A stretch of 36,636 nucleotides of DNA from IMG/VR virus record IMGVR_UViG_2778261643_000013; one strand, given 5' to 3'. This document shows, piece by piece, positions 19,842-29,055 of this stretch. Source of the stretch: a virus (lineage: Duplodnaviria > Heunggongvirae > Uroviricota > Caudoviricetes). Made by a program: the position numbers and the translations under genes. Every line of letters begins with the position of its first letter. Positions within the stretch are counted from its first letter, which is position 1. A model generated the notes under the pieces. The model did not search any database. It was not told the origin of the DNA and saw nothing but the letters and a program-made list of their open reading frames with translations.

Positions 19842-20309
19842 TTATCTGAGACATTGCTCACGAATGTATAGCTGTGCCCCTTCCAGTTGCTTCTGCATCG
19901 TCATCAACCGTTCTCTGAGGGTGAAATAATCCCGTTCAGCGGTGTCTGCCAGTCGGGGGCTGGTTGCATTATCCACGCTGGTGGGTCCGGTGGCTTCACG
20001 CACGGCTGCGGAGCAACTGGCATTGACCCGCAGGCGCTTACGACCAGCGGCAACATCAGCGCGCAGAGTTTCATTTTCAGCTTTCGCATTGGCTAATTCT
20101 CTCGAGTACTTTGCATCGAGCGCAGCAACATCACGCTGACGCTGCTGCATGTCAGCGATGGTGGCGGTCGCCTGCTTCAGCTCACTGACTTTTTTATCAC
20201 GCTGTTCTTTGTAGGCGATGGCGTTATCACGGTAATGATTGACCGCCCACGACAGGCAGACGATGGTGCAGATAACCAGAGTATAAATAATCGCTGCGAC
20301 TCTGCTCAC
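19842..20309 (-). CDS. Rz: i-spanin Rz
   Basis: GTG at 20309 overlapping the endolysin stop; N-terminal TM then coiled coil; SRVAAII...[14 protein letters not shown] matches lambda Rz from memory. Confidence 0.8.
   Translation of the reverse strand: MSRVAAIIYTLVICTIVCLSWAVNHYRDNAIAYKEQRDKKVSELKQATATIADMQQRQRDVAALDAKYSRELANAKAENETLRADVAAGRKRLRVNASCSAAVREATGPTSVDNATSPRLADTAERDYFTLRERLMTMQKQLEGAQLYIREQCLR
19904..20089 (-). CDS. Rz1: o-spanin Rz1 (lipoprotein) embedded in Rz
   Basis: 61 aa in a second frame inside Rz; lipobox LVVSAC and proline-rich body. Confidence 0.75.
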   Translation of the reverse strand: MRKLKMKLCALMLPLVVSACGSMPVAPQPCVKPPDPPAWIMQPAPDWQTPLNGIISPSENG

Positions 20310-20839
20310 TGATCTATCCCCCAACAGGCTAATGCGCTTTCCTGGTCACGACGAATAACCTGTCCATAGCAGTTATTTGAACGTATGCGGCAATCGCGCC
20401 CACCATCTTTTATCCACCAGCGAATCGCCTCGCATGCGCCCTTGCGATCACCGGCATTCAGCCGCTTATAAAACGTCGACGGGAAACACTTACCGGGGCC
20501 AATGTTATAGGGACAGAATGACGCTATACCCGCTTTCTGTGGTTCGGTCAGTGGTACTTTAATATTGCGCTCCACCCATGCCAGCGCCTTATCACGTTCA
20601 ATAGCGTTAACCTGGTCGCATTTTTCCTTCGACAGCTTCATTCCCGGTATGACGGGCTTACCATCCACCATTGTGGCACCACGACAGATGGTCCATATAC
20701 CGGAACCATCGCGGTATGCCGTAGTGTGGTTACCCTCTTTTTCATCCAGAAACTGGTCAAGTATTTGAGGAGCAGACGCGCCTGCAGCAATCAGCGCCAG
20801 AACCGCAGCTGACAGGCCGTATTTGATTTTTGCGCTCAT
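20306..20839 (-). CDS. R: SAR endolysin (T4-lysozyme-like)
   Basis: 177 aa; Gly/Ala-rich N-terminal signal-anchor-release helix; E...D...T catalytic triad spacing. Confidence 0.85.
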   Translation of the reverse strand: MSAKIKYGLSAAVLALIAAGASAPQILDQFLDEKEGNHTTAYRDGSGIWTICRGATMVDGKPVIPGMKLSKEKCDQVNAIERDKALAWVERNIKVPLTEPQKAGIASFCPYNIGPGKCFPSTFYKRLNAGDRKGACEAIRWWIKDGGRDCRIRSNNCYGQVIRRDQESALACWGIDQ

Positions 20840-20894
20840 GGATATTTATCAGGATGCTACCAATGAAAGATACTGGAAAGCCAACTGCAAAAAG

Positions 20895-21209
20895 CTAACA
20901 ACCTGTAATCGAGTTATCAGAACTGTTAATTTTTATGGTATACCGCGCCTCTGAACAGGGGCGCGTTTCTGGCAACAGCTCGTCCCTTTCACATAACCCG
21001 GCAGCAACATCCAGGAAGACCTGTCTGATGCTCCTTCTGGCTGCTGCCTCATAAAACTCCAGCGCGGCACCTTCAACACGGTCCAGCGAGATGTCCAGGT
21101 CAAAAATTTCACCGTCAAAGCGTTTTTTGTCCCGTAATGCTACAGTTACCGCAACTTTATTCTCAAAATTGCGGATCCCTTTCACAATCAGTTCATAGTT
21201 TTGAGTCAT
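20895..21209 (-). CDS. Hypothetical protein (104 aa) between holin and endolysin
   Basis: ATG at 21209 with GGAGAG SD, 4 nt after the holin stop; no recognisable motif. Confidence 0.5.
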   Translation of the reverse strand: MTQNYELIVKGIRNFENKVAVTVALRDKKRFDGEIFDLDISLDRVEGAALEFYEAAARRSIRQVFLDVAAGLCERDELLPETRPCSEARYTIKINSSDNSITGC

Positions 21210-21213
21210 TGAA

Positions 21214-21429
21214 TTACTCTCCCCGTGCAGCCTTACGCTTGTCTTCTCTGATTTTGAAGTACAGATTTGTCAGATAAGTCAGGAAGCCCAGAACCAGACT
21301 CCCCAGTACACCAATCGCAGCCCACTGTGACGGACTGACCTGATCAAGCCACTGTAAAAACCAGTAGCCAGCACTGCCTGCGGAGGTGCCGTAGGCAATG
21401 CCCGTTGAAATTTTGTCCATGGATTTCAT
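21214..21429 (-). CDS. S: Class II holin (phage 21 S-type pinholin), dual-start
   Basis: 71 aa [29 protein letters not shown]... with Met1 and Met4 starts, two TM helices. Confidence 0.85.
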   Translation of the reverse strand: MKSMDKISTGIAYGTSAGSAGYWFLQWLDQVSPSQWAAIGVLGSLVLGFLTYLTNLYFKIREDKRKAARGE

Positions 21430-21589
21430 AGCCTCACCTCCGCAAATAACGGATGGCGTAGTTTTACACTGAGAAATGAAAGGGATTTGAAAAGAAAAAA
21501 CCGCAAAAGCGGGCGAAACGATATATACAGAAAGGAAAGCACTCTATCCAACAAACCACCCACAGTTAATCGGAATAAAAGCAGAGTGC

Positions 21590-21662
21590 TTATGAATGAT
21601 CGCCTGCCCGAAGGTTAGTATTTCTGCACAGCAATTTTGCAAAAAAAGGCGATCATTCATAA
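21590..21662. repeat. Perfect 16-bp inverted repeat (TTATGAATGATCGCCT) separated by 41 nt
   Basis: Arms at 21590-21605 and 21647-21662 are exact reverse complements. Confidence 0.6.
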
Positions 21663-21721
21663 CTTAAACGTCTTTCAGTCACTCCGGGATTTCCCATCAT
21701 CGCAGACTGAAAGACTCTAAC

Positions 21722-21796
<75 letters not shown>

Positions 21797-21799
21797 ATA

Positions 21800-21875
<76 letters not shown>

Positions 21876-21877
21876 AC

Positions 21878-21954
21878 TGGACCGCCACCGGGGACTCGAA
21901 CCTCGCACACTCAACTTAAAGGGTTGACGCTCTTTCCTGATGAGCTAGTGGCGG
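21878..21954 (-). tRNA. tRNA-like gene of uncertain identity (anticodon loop CCUUUAA)
   Basis: 77 nt; perfect 7-bp acceptor stem, normal D and T arms, 5-bp anticodon stem; positions 34-36 read UUU but position 33 is C and discriminator is U. Confidence 0.55.
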
Positions 21955-21955
21955 C

Positions 21956-22031
21956 TGGTGGCCCTTGCTGGATTTGAACCAGCGACCTGGCGATTATGAG
22001 TCGCTCGCTCTCACCACTGAGCTAAAGGGCC
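21956..22031 (-). tRNA. ileZ: tRNA-Ile2 (anticodon CAU, ileX/ileZ-like)
   Basis: 76 nt; anticodon loop CUCAUAA; closely resembles E. coli ileX rather than elongator tRNA-Met. Confidence 0.75.
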
Positions 22032-22040
22032 GGGCGCAGG

Positions 22041-22069
22041 ATAATAACGTTACGAAATCAATGTTGCAA
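22041..22069 (-). promoter_or_regulatory. Sigma70-like promoter directly upstream of the tRNA cluster
   Basis: -35 TTGCAA, 17-nt spacer, -10 TATTAT, about 9 nt before the tRNA-Ile 5' end. Confidence 0.55.
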
Positions 22070-22134
22070 GCATTCAAAAATCACCCTTATCTCCTCCACC
22101 AGCGCATTCACCATGTCTATCCGAGATAAGTGGC

Positions 22135-22160
22135 ACAAAAAACCCGCTTGTGGGCGGGTT
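22135..22160 (-). terminator. tR'-like intrinsic terminator downstream of the late promoter
   Basis: AACCCGC-CCACAA-GCGGGTT followed by TTTTTG on the minus strand. Confidence 0.6.
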
Positions 22161-22213
22161 TTGTTTGCTTTTGCCATCACGTACAAAATCGGCAAAATAT
22201 CAGATTTGCATGA

Positions 22214-22242
22214 AATATATGCCTTTCAATCTACTTTTGCAA
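22214..22242 (-). promoter_or_regulatory. Candidate late promoter pR'
   Basis: -35 TTGCAA, 17-nt spacer, -10 TATATT; overlaps the 3' end of the Q-like gene. Confidence 0.5.
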
Positions 22243-22915
22243 CACTTTGCTTTGAAAATGCCGCCTTTTGTTTTGAACGTGTTCTCATTACAAACAATAA
22301 AGCCTCACTATCCAGTCGGTGAAAAATGTGTTTCATTGCAACCCAGTGACGAGTAAATGTTTTGGACCAGTTTTTAGTTGTCACTCCCGCCAGTAATGCC
22401 AGCTCCTGGTATTCATAACCTTCCCCACCAAAAAGTTCTGCTTTTACTGCCTGCGCCGCCAGCCAGATTAATTTTTTCAGGCGTTCCTGCGTTTTCCCTG
22501 CAATTTTTCTGGTACCGGATTGAGTATTAAATTCATTCCACGCCCACTGTGTTATCGCGATCTGATATTCCCAACAAATACTCCCGCTGTAACACCACAA
22601 CAACCAGGCTTTATGATGTTCTTCAAGAGACAGAACAGCCCGCCGCCACGATGATGTCGAAAACTCAACCGGACTGACGAGAGGAATTGACGTCCCCTTC
22701 GCCAGCGATTGCTTTCCCGGGATTGGTGGATTATCCCGCGTTATCATTTTTCCAGTCACTTCATCGCGGTACCGGATTTTTTTACGCCTGTAACGCCCTG
22801 TATCAAACATGGCATTCTCCTGCCAGGCCTCAAGCTGCCCTTTTGTTGATCCACTCAAATCGGCGGTGGCAATCATGAGTTGCTCACGAACAAACTGTAA
22901 ATACTGGTTATTCAT
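22226..22915 (-). CDS. Putative late-gene antiterminator (Q-like)
   Basis: 229 aa immediately upstream of pR'/tR'; ATGA overlap with rusA stop; assignment by position, not by recognised sequence. Confidence 0.5.
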   Translation of the reverse strand: MNNQYLQFVREQLMIATADLSGSTKGQLEAWQENAMFDTGRYRRKKIRYRDEVTGKMITRDNPPIPGKQSLAKGTSIPLVSPVEFSTSSWRRAVLSLEEHHKAWLLWCYSGSICWEYQIAITQWAWNEFNTQSGTRKIAGKTQERLKKLIWLAAQAVKAELFGGEGYEYQELALLAGVTTKNWSKTFTRHWVAMKHIFHRLDSEALLFVMRTRSKQKAAFSKQSVAKVD

Positions 22916-23271
22916 GCGTACTCCAGTTCTGTGATTTTTATCCCCAACCGCCCACCAGGAACAAGCTGACCGCGCACAATATTAATTTCATCAAACTGCT
23001 CGTCGTCTATGAGCAGCCCCGCATGCGTCAGTGCATCCAGTGGTGCCTTCAGGATATTGTCCAGGTCACGACGGCGCTTATCCGGTGGCTCTGCAATAAT
23101 TTTTATTGCCAGCCTTCCGGACAGGTTTAATTTCAGTTGCTGCTGGCGAACAATAAGCGCCACATCACGGCGATAACGCTCACCGACTTTTGATACAAAA
23201 TATGTGCTGCCACGACGCCGCCAGTAGGTGTTCACCGTTGGCGGGTAAGGCAAAACAAACTCTATACGCAT
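22912..23271 (-). CDS. rusA: Holliday junction resolvase RusA
   Basis: 119 aa; ...PPDKRRRDLDNILKAPLDALTHAGLLIDDEQ... matches the RusA catalytic core. Confidence 0.85.
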   Translation of the reverse strand: MRIEFVLPYPPTVNTYWRRRGSTYFVSKVGERYRRDVALIVRQQQLKLNLSGRLAIKIIAEPPDKRRRDLDNILKAPLDALTHAGLLIDDEQFDEINIVRGQLVPGGRLGIKITELEYA

Positions 23272-23283
23272 CAGTAACCTCTT

Positions 23284-24333
23284 TTACCCGAGCACGCCGG
23301 TTGCAAAGGCGTGATCAAGAAAACGAAAAATTAAATCAATCTGGGAACCATGCTTTTCTTCGAACGCCAGCGGATCCGCATGAAGCTCGTTGTGATGCTC
23401 CCGACACAGCGGTAGCGTGAAAATATCGTGGGCCTTTGTTCCCATCCCTCCCTGACCGTGACCAATCAGGTGATGGGGATCGTCGGCTGGCTGACCACAA
23501 CACGCACACGGCTGTGTCTTCACCCAGCTCGTATATTTCTCATTTACCCAACGGCGACGTTTAGGTCGCCTCATGAAAGATTCCGGAGACTCCGGATCAA
23601 CGGTAATGCTGACCACCGCCTTTTCCTGTGCTGGGTTCTGTGGCTGGTGGGTGTGAAGCAACGGCGCAAGATTTTTTGTGCGCTGCTTCAGTATGCTGGT
23701 GGCGGTCTGCTCTCCCGGTACGATGTCGCTTTCGCGGTACAAGGAGCGGATTTTTTCCGCACGCAACCCCAGTGAACGACGTAATACAGCTTCCGGTAGC
23801 GCGTCCGCCACCTGATTGCGGACCGCCCACCAGGATAATTCAGCCAGAGATAATTCACGCTCCTGCGTACCGCTTATTGCGTGACCGATGACGTCAATCA
23901 TCCATGCTGACAGGTTTTGATGAGCAAGTTGCTCGAGTGATTCGGATGTCTGGTCACGCAGCTGGTTGTCGCAGTGCCAGCACAACACCATTGCGCCGGT
24001 ACCATAACGGTGAATGACGGTTTCACTGTGGTGATAATCGCCGTGTGGCCACTGGCAGGATTTAACATGGCGCAGTAACCAGTCAGACAATGCGCCAGCG
24101 CCACCAGCAGCACGAATCACTCGTTCGTCGCTGAAAAACGGCAGTAATGATTTATCCTCCGCCAGCGGCTGGCGAACGGCAGGAACGACCCCGGACGGCA
24201 GATTACGCATGCTTTTCGGTTCCGGCTCCACCAGTACCCGGGTATTGTGGAATACCGGCATGGATTCACGGCCCGGCTTAACGATCACCAGCCCGAGTTC
24301 CGGTACCAGAACAGGTCGAAGTAATACCCGCAC
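23284..24333 (-). CDS. DUF968-family protein with C-terminal HNH-like Cys/His cluster
   Basis: 349 aa; C-terminus CACCGQ...HHLIGHG...CREHHNELH; GTG start with GGAGG SD. Confidence 0.6.
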   Translation of the reverse strand: MRVLLRPVLVPELGLVIVKPGRESMPVFHNTRVLVEPEPKSMRNLPSGVVPAVRQPLAEDKSLLPFFSDERVIRAAGGAGALSDWLLRHVKSCQWPHGDYHHSETVIHRYGTGAMVLCWHCDNQLRDQTSESLEQLAHQNLSAWMIDVIGHAISGTQERELSLAELSWWAVRNQVADALPEAVLRRSLGLRAEKIRSLYRESDIVPGEQTATSILKQRTKNLAPLLHTHQPQNPAQEKAVVSITVDPESPESFMRRPKRRRWVNEKYTSWVKTQPCACCGQPADDPHHLIGHGQGGMGTKAHDIFTLPLCREHHNELHADPLAFEEKHGSQIDLIFRFLDHAFATGVLG

Positions 24334-24334
24334 G

Positions 24335-24613
24335 TTACCTCCAGATGCGTTGCTGGAATGTGCGGGACGGACGCGGTGGGCGTTCGGAGTAAGGAAGCCT
24401 GACGGAGATTATCCAGTGACGGTAGTCGAGGCTGAGGGCTTTTTTAACCTCGTATCCGCGCCTGCGGTAACACTGAATTATCCATTCAGCCTGCTCTTCA
24501 GTGCATGGTGGATGCTGGAACCAGTCCGATTTGAATGCATGAAAACGCCGTCCGCACCTGCTGGCAAAGACGGCAGAATCATCAGAATTGTGTAATTTGG
24601 TATCGTGCGCCAT
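24335..24613 (-). CDS. Nin-region small protein (YbcO-like, tentative)
   Basis: ATG at 24613 chosen because the longer GTG-initiated ORF would translate through a terminator hairpin. Confidence 0.45.
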   Translation of the reverse strand: MAHDTKLHNSDDSAVFASRCGRRFHAFKSDWFQHPPCTEEQAEWIIQCYRRRGYEVKKALSLDYRHWIISVRLPYSERPPRPSRTFQQRIWR

Positions 24614-24685
24614 CGGTTGTCTCTGCTGGCGCAGCAGGTGCCAGTTGTTCAGGCTGGCGTGCGAATTGTAAACCAGAATGCCAGG

Positions 24686-24712
24686 AAAAAACAAAACCCG
24701 CCGAAGCGGGTT
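24686..24712 (-). terminator. Strong intrinsic terminator in the early-right operon
   Basis: AACCCGC-TTCG-GCGGGTT followed by TTGTTTTTT on the minus strand. Confidence 0.65.
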
Positions 24713-24780
24713 AAGTGCGGGTGCGTTGAGGATGCCTGACACATCAGAGGTGGCGAGGGATTTCTCCCCCGCCTGGTCTC

Positions 24781-24936
24781 TTACTCCTCAGGTTCGTAAG
24801 CTGTGAAGACAGCGACCTCCGTCTGGCCGGTTCGGATTCGTACCTCGCAGAGGTCTTTCCTCGTTACCAGTGCCGTCACTATGACGGTTAAACAGATGAC
24901 GATCAGGGCGATTAGCATCGCCTTTTGCTGCTTCAT
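24781..24936 (-). CDS. hokD: Hok/Gef-family type I toxin
   Basis: 51 aa MKQQKAMLIALIVICLTVIVTALVTRKDLCEVRIRTGQTEVAVFTAYEPEE; AAGGAG SD; single TM. Confidence 0.85.
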   Translation of the reverse strand: MKQQKAMLIALIVICLTVIVTALVTRKDLCEVRIRTGQTEVAVFTAYEPEE

Positions 24937-25170
24937 AGCCTGCTTCTCCTTGCCTTTCGGCACGTAAGAGGCTAACCTAGATTTGCCGTTCATAGATTGA
25001 GCCTCAGATTAATGTTAAGCGTCTTGCAGGACGCGTAATGTTAACTGGGGCTTTTCTCTATCTGCCTTTTGGTGTTCATGCCTGAGGCAGATAGCCTCAA
25101 GCACCCGCAGCAATTTTACTTAACTCCCGCTACCTCGCCAATATGAAATCAATAAGAAAGGTGCTCCATA
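24937..25170 (-). promoter_or_regulatory. hok mRNA leader / presumptive Sok antisense region
   Basis: In-frame upstream reading frame (mok-like) and a 9-bp stem (CTATCTGCC/GGCAGATAG) with 19-nt loop at 25058-25094. Confidence 0.4.
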
Positions 25171-25173
25171 AAA

Positions 25174-25860
25174 TCACTCCTTCTCTTCTTTACCGTAGTG
25201 GAGTTGACCAATTTTGATAAGAGGGCGTCCCTGAGATTTGCGGTGTAGATTGGTATCGCGCAGAGAATACACACAGCCACAATATTCCTGCTGATAGAAT
25301 TTTTCGCGCTTGCTGATTTCAATCATGCGGGACGAGCCGCCCTGCTTGCGCCAGTTATAATCCCAGTACACCATGCCCGGATAATGCGCGACGGCTCGCC
25401 GCCCACAGTCGTTAACCTGCTGCATATTTTTCCAGCGTGAAATGCCCAGTGAACTGCTGATCACACTGAAACCATTTTCAGCAGCGTACAGCGCTGTCCG
25501 CTCAAAACGCATGTCAAAACACATGGTACAACGGATCCCCCTCTCGGGCTCCCATTCCATTCCTTTGGCACGTTCAAACCAGTTGTCTGTGTCGTAATCA
25601 GCATCAATAAATGGCACGCCGTGTTGTTCAGCAAAGCGAATATTCTCATCCTTACGAATTAAATACTCTTTCTGAGGATGAATGTTCGGGTTGTAGAAAA
25701 AGATGGTATAGTCGATTCCCGAGGCCTGAAGCGCCTCCATCACTTCACCGGAACATGGAGCACAGCAAGAGTGCAGTAGTAGTTTGTTTGCCCCGTTTGG
25801 GAGCTCCAATTTAGGCCGTTTGAAATCAGCAATAGTCATAAATATTTTTATTGGGGTCAT
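25174..25860 (-). CDS. QueH-like protein (DUF208, epoxyqueuosine reductase family)
   Basis: 228 aa with [15 protein letters not shown] and YCGCVYS cysteine motifs typical of QueH; start codon uncertain. Confidence 0.65.
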   Translation of the reverse strand: MTPIKIFMTIADFKRPKLELPNGANKLLLHSCCAPCSGEVMEALQASGIDYTIFFYNPNIHPQKEYLIRKDENIRFAEQHGVPFIDADYDTDNWFERAKGMEWEPERGIRCTMCFDMRFERTALYAAENGFSVISSSLGISRWKNMQQVNDCGRRAVAHYPGMVYWDYNWRKQGGSSRMIEISKREKFYQQEYCGCVYSLRDTNLHRKSQGRPLIKIGQLHYGKEEKE

Positions 25861-26023
25861 GAAAATAGCACAGAGTGTAGCATCAGAGCAGGGCTATCGG
25901 GAATAGATGTCTAAATCTGGTAATATCTGCTTTTGACACAAAGCAGACAACCACGCTAGCTCAATCCTGTGCCGTGAAAATGTCAATTCACATCTGAACT
26001 AATGCTCTTTAATCGAGTAACGT

Positions 26024-26440
26024 CTATAAATAACGAAAATTTCTCTGATAAAATGCCAGTATGCGCTGCATAACTTCGCTCTTCCGGCACTCACAGCAAA
26101 TTATGTTTTGGTGCCTGTCATAACGACGTATTTCTCCGTCAGGTAATGACCAGATAAGGTCCGGATCAACCACAGATGGTTTCTTCACCTTTGCCCTAGA
26201 TAGTTTTTTACGGGCATTTTGCCAGTCCTTACGAGCCTGTTCAGACGGGAATAACCCGTAGCCAGAGTTGTATACATCGCCACTGGCAACCAGCTCTCTG
26301 GCCAGAACGCTCATCAGATATCTTGTTGCCCCAGTTTTAGCTTCCAGTTGTCGTAACGTCTCGCGCCCACTCTGGCGTACGAGTTCAAGAACCTGCCCTT
26401 TAATTTTTTCCCGCTCTTCTTGTGTAAAAACTTTTGCCAC
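26024..26440 (-). CDS. Hypothetical protein (138 aa)
   Basis: GTG start with AGGAGGG SD; contains CCEC motif. Confidence 0.5.
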   Translation of the reverse strand: MAKVFTQEEREKIKGQVLELVRQSGRETLRQLEAKTGATRYLMSVLARELVASGDVYNSGYGLFPSEQARKDWQNARKKLSRAKVKKPSVVDPDLIWSLPDGEIRRYDRHQNIICCECRKSEVMQRILAFYQRNFRYL

Positions 26441-26480
26441 AAGCCCTCCTGAAAATTACCTCATGACTAGAAATTAACAC

Positions 26481-27701
26481 TTACCCCCTGAAGCCCGGCG
26501 GAATTTCGTTATCCGGTTCAGAAATATGATTCACACAACGCTGGTTGTTCGTGCCGCTTACCGGGAGCAACCAGGGGTTCTCAAAATTCCGGTCCGGTCC
26601 AAAAAACGTCGTCGCTCGCTGAACAAATTCCGTTCCCGTTTTCCCGGTAGCCGCCAAGTATCTTGCGTAACGCCTCACGCCATCCAGCATGGCCTCTGGT
26701 GGCACCCCCTCGCGCAATCTGGCCTTCCAGGCACTGAATGCGGATTTCTTCGGGTTTGCCCCGGCACGCAACGGGTATTCCCGCCAGACCTGTTCGAACA
26801 CATCCGGATAATCCACTCGTCCCACAGGCCGCCCGGTGTTTTCCGGGACTACCCGATCGGCTTCCCGCTGAATGGCGGAATCGGCTTCAGGCTGCTGCAG
26901 TTGGTGTGATTGCTCCGGCCTTGCGGTCATCACCTGCTGCACAGCACCCGAATCGGCTTTCAGCGCATACGCTGAATCGGCTTCCGGTGTCGTGCCTGCT
27001 GGCTGACCAGGATTGACGGTCTGAACATCCCCTGCCTGGTTCGTGGTGTTTTTTTCGCCATGAACCATAGTGTTTTTGTCCTGTTCCTGTTCTTTCTCCT
27101 GCTCCTGTTCTTGGCTTCGAAGCCCCTTAAAAGCCCCTTCGAAGCCCCTTACCGAATTTCGGCTATTATTCCGCCTCACATCCAGATGGAAATCCGTTTT
27201 ATATCTGTCGTAAAACGCTGACAGAAAAGCGTTTTCAGGTAATGATGCATACTCATTCCTGACACCTGCACAACGGTTATCGCCAGGCTTCAACGTTTCC
27301 CCAACCTGCCAGGCTGCCATTTCATGGACCCAGACCATCTCGGCATCATGGTCATAGCTACAAAAACCAGCTTCAACAGCCATTTTAAGCCCCTTTGAAG
27401 CCCCTTCCAGACCAAGCCCGGTTTCATGAGCAAGGTATAAAACTGGCAGGTAATACAAACCCAGCATATTTGCGTGAGGGGATGTCATCAGGTAAAAAGC
27501 AACAACTTGCGCTTCTGCACCCGCCTTTCTAAGTTCTCTCCCCGTTTCTCCCAACCAGAATCGCGGAGAAACTTTTGCGTAATCACGCATGGCTACCTCA
27601 TCTGGTGCCGAACCTTCCTCCGGATATAATCTGTGGTTCCCAATCGACAGAACCAGAGGAGGTTCGACATGTATTTTTTGAAAAGCCTTTATCAGGCTCA
27701 T
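26481..27701 (-). CDS. Putative replication initiation / replisome organiser protein
   Basis: 406 aa in the slot after cro/cII-like genes; internal acidic EQEQEKEQEQ linker and repeated GFEGAFKGL peptide motifs; no Walker A. Confidence 0.45.
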   Translation of the reverse strand: MSLIKAFQKIHVEPPLVLSIGNHRLYPEEGSAPDEVAMRDYAKVSPRFWLGETGRELRKAGAEAQVVAFYLMTSPHANMLGLYYLPVLYLAHETGLGLEGASKGLKMAVEAGFCSYDHDAEMVWVHEMAAWQVGETLKPGDNRCAGVRNEYASLPENAFLSAFYDRYKTDFHLDVRRNNSRNSVRGFEGAFKGLRSQEQEQEKEQEQDKNTMVHGEKNTTNQAGDVQTVNPGQPAGTTPEADSAYALKADSGAVQQVMTARPEQSHQLQQPEADSAIQREADRVVPENTGRPVGRVDYPDVFEQVWREYPLRAGANPKKSAFSAWKARLREGVPPEAMLDGVRRYARYLAATGKTGTEFVQRATTFFGPDRNFENPWLLPVSGTNNQRCVNHISEPDNEIPPGFRG

Positions 27702-27807
27702 GTATTAAATGTTACAGCAACAAACCGCTGGTGTAACAGCCCCGAAATGCTCCCGGATTACAGAGCCTGGCTGCGCGCCGAAACATACCTTCGTCTCGAC
27801 ATATTGA

Positions 27808-28317
27808 TTAGCGAACTTCAAAAAGAGACTGCATCCATTCATAACCTTCAGGGTATCGACGCTGTTCGCATTCTGGTGTCGCGCCATAGTGCTCTCTCAA
27901 TAATTGAAGTGCGTCATCTCTCTTTTTCTGAACTGATTTTCTTGCTTCAACCAGCTCTGGAATCAGCGAATATCCCACCGGAAGTGATCCAATACCCACC
28001 TCATGTTGACGAGCAGTTACAAGATGTGCCATACAACCAGCGTGCTGGATTGACTCCCTGCTCAGAGGCTGAATGGGATCACTCTCTGCTGAAGAAATAC
28101 CAAGATTTGTATAATCCTCAATAAGCCCGGCACACGCTTCTGCATCAGCCAGCTTTATTCTGGTTTCCTTGCGCTGTTCTCTGGCTGACAAACGCCAGAG
28201 CAGCGCATTAGCTTTATGTATCAACCACTCTGCCAGCTCCACATCAGATAAACCGCCACGCCAGATGTGCGGACTGTTTTCGTAAACGCTCAGTGTCAAT
28301 TTTTTGTCATTACTCAT
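27808..28317 (-). CDS. Hypothetical protein (169 aa)
   Basis: ATG at 28317 just after the stop of the upstream gene; the longer ORF starts with GTG inside that gene. Confidence 0.45.
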   Translation of the reverse strand: MSNDKKLTLSVYENSPHIWRGGLSDVELAEWLIHKANALLWRLSAREQRKETRIKLADAEACAGLIEDYTNLGISSAESDPIQPLSRESIQHAGCMAHLVTARQHEVGIGSLPVGYSLIPELVEARKSVQKKRDDALQLLREHYGATPECEQRRYPEGYEWMQSLFEVR

Positions 28318-28330
28318 ATTTATTACCCAA

Positions 28331-28756
28331 TTAATGCACAGCCAGAGTGTTTCCTGCCGGGCCACCACGATTCATCTGATCGAACAGAACGATCGCTGAT
28401 GCAACGAAATCATCAATATCTTTCACCAGCCGTTCCTTCGTCTCTACCAACTCCCGAAAATAAGCGGAACTGTGGCTGCGCATTCGGGCCACCAGCGGAG
28501 GCGGCATCGCTTTTTCGATCGCTGGTAACAACGCCTGAATTTTTTTAACCGCATCAGGAGTGTCTTTCTCCACCCAGCGGAAAATTTTCTGGGTGTTACG
28601 GCCCAGGGCTTCCGGATGGCTGTCGTCGTACAGTTCCGGGAACGTCATACCCAGTTCGAAATACGCTTTGGTAATTTTCGCAGCCGGTACTTTCTCGCCG
28701 TCTGGATGCGCCCAGGCATTCATCGCCATGCGGATGTGTTCATGCTTGATTTTCAT
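28331..28756 (-). CDS. YdaT-like protein (CII-position regulator)
   Basis: 141 aa; ATGA-coupled to the Cro-like gene, as ydaS-ydaT in Rac. Confidence 0.5.
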   Translation of the reverse strand: MKIKHEHIRMAMNAWAHPDGEKVPAAKITKAYFELGMTFPELYDDSHPEALGRNTQKIFRWVEKDTPDAVKKIQALLPAIEKAMPPPLVARMRSHSSAYFRELVETKERLVKDIDDFVASAIVLFDQMNRGGPAGNTLAVH

Positions 28757-29055
28757 GAATCAACTCCATCAGATAAGCATGCACTACAATCACCTTCAGC
28801 ATGAACTACATGTGTTTGCCCCAAACGAATGCCGCTCGCATACTCAGGCCAAATAAGCTCCCAATCATGGGGTCGTAGCTCCGCCCTACTTACTTGGCCT
28901 TCCGTCGCAGATTCGATCATAAGGGCGCGGGTTGGAGATATAGCTGCTCGTCCAGACGCCATTTGCGATAAGTAAGATGGCGATACACCAAGTCTGGCCG
29001 CGAATTTCTTAGCATCACCAACCCTCAATGATTTAATAAACTCTTTTAATGTCAT
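28753..29055 (-). CDS. Cro-like HTH regulator (YdaS family)
   Basis: 100 aa; HTH ...LGVSPSYLSQMASGRAAISPTRALMIESAT...; GAGGAAGG SD; divergent from the repressor. Confidence 0.75.
   Translation of the reverse strand: MTLKEFIKSLRVGDAKKFAARLGVSPSYLSQMASGRAAISPTRALMIESATEGQVSRAELRPHDWELIWPEYASGIRLGQTHVVHAEGDCSACLSDGVDS

Noticed and set aside
20310-20324. TTG-initiated extension of Rz
   Set aside because: GTG at 20309 overlaps the endolysin stop and aligns with the lambda Rz start as I recall it.
24614-24742. GTG-initiated N-terminal extension of the YbcO-like ORF
   Set aside because: Reads through the strong intrinsic terminator at 24686-24712; internal ATG at 24613 preferred.
27633-28124. 163-aa plus-strand ORF
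   Set aside because: Antisense to the minus-strand gene 27808..28317, which is in operon register with cro and the YdaT-like gene.
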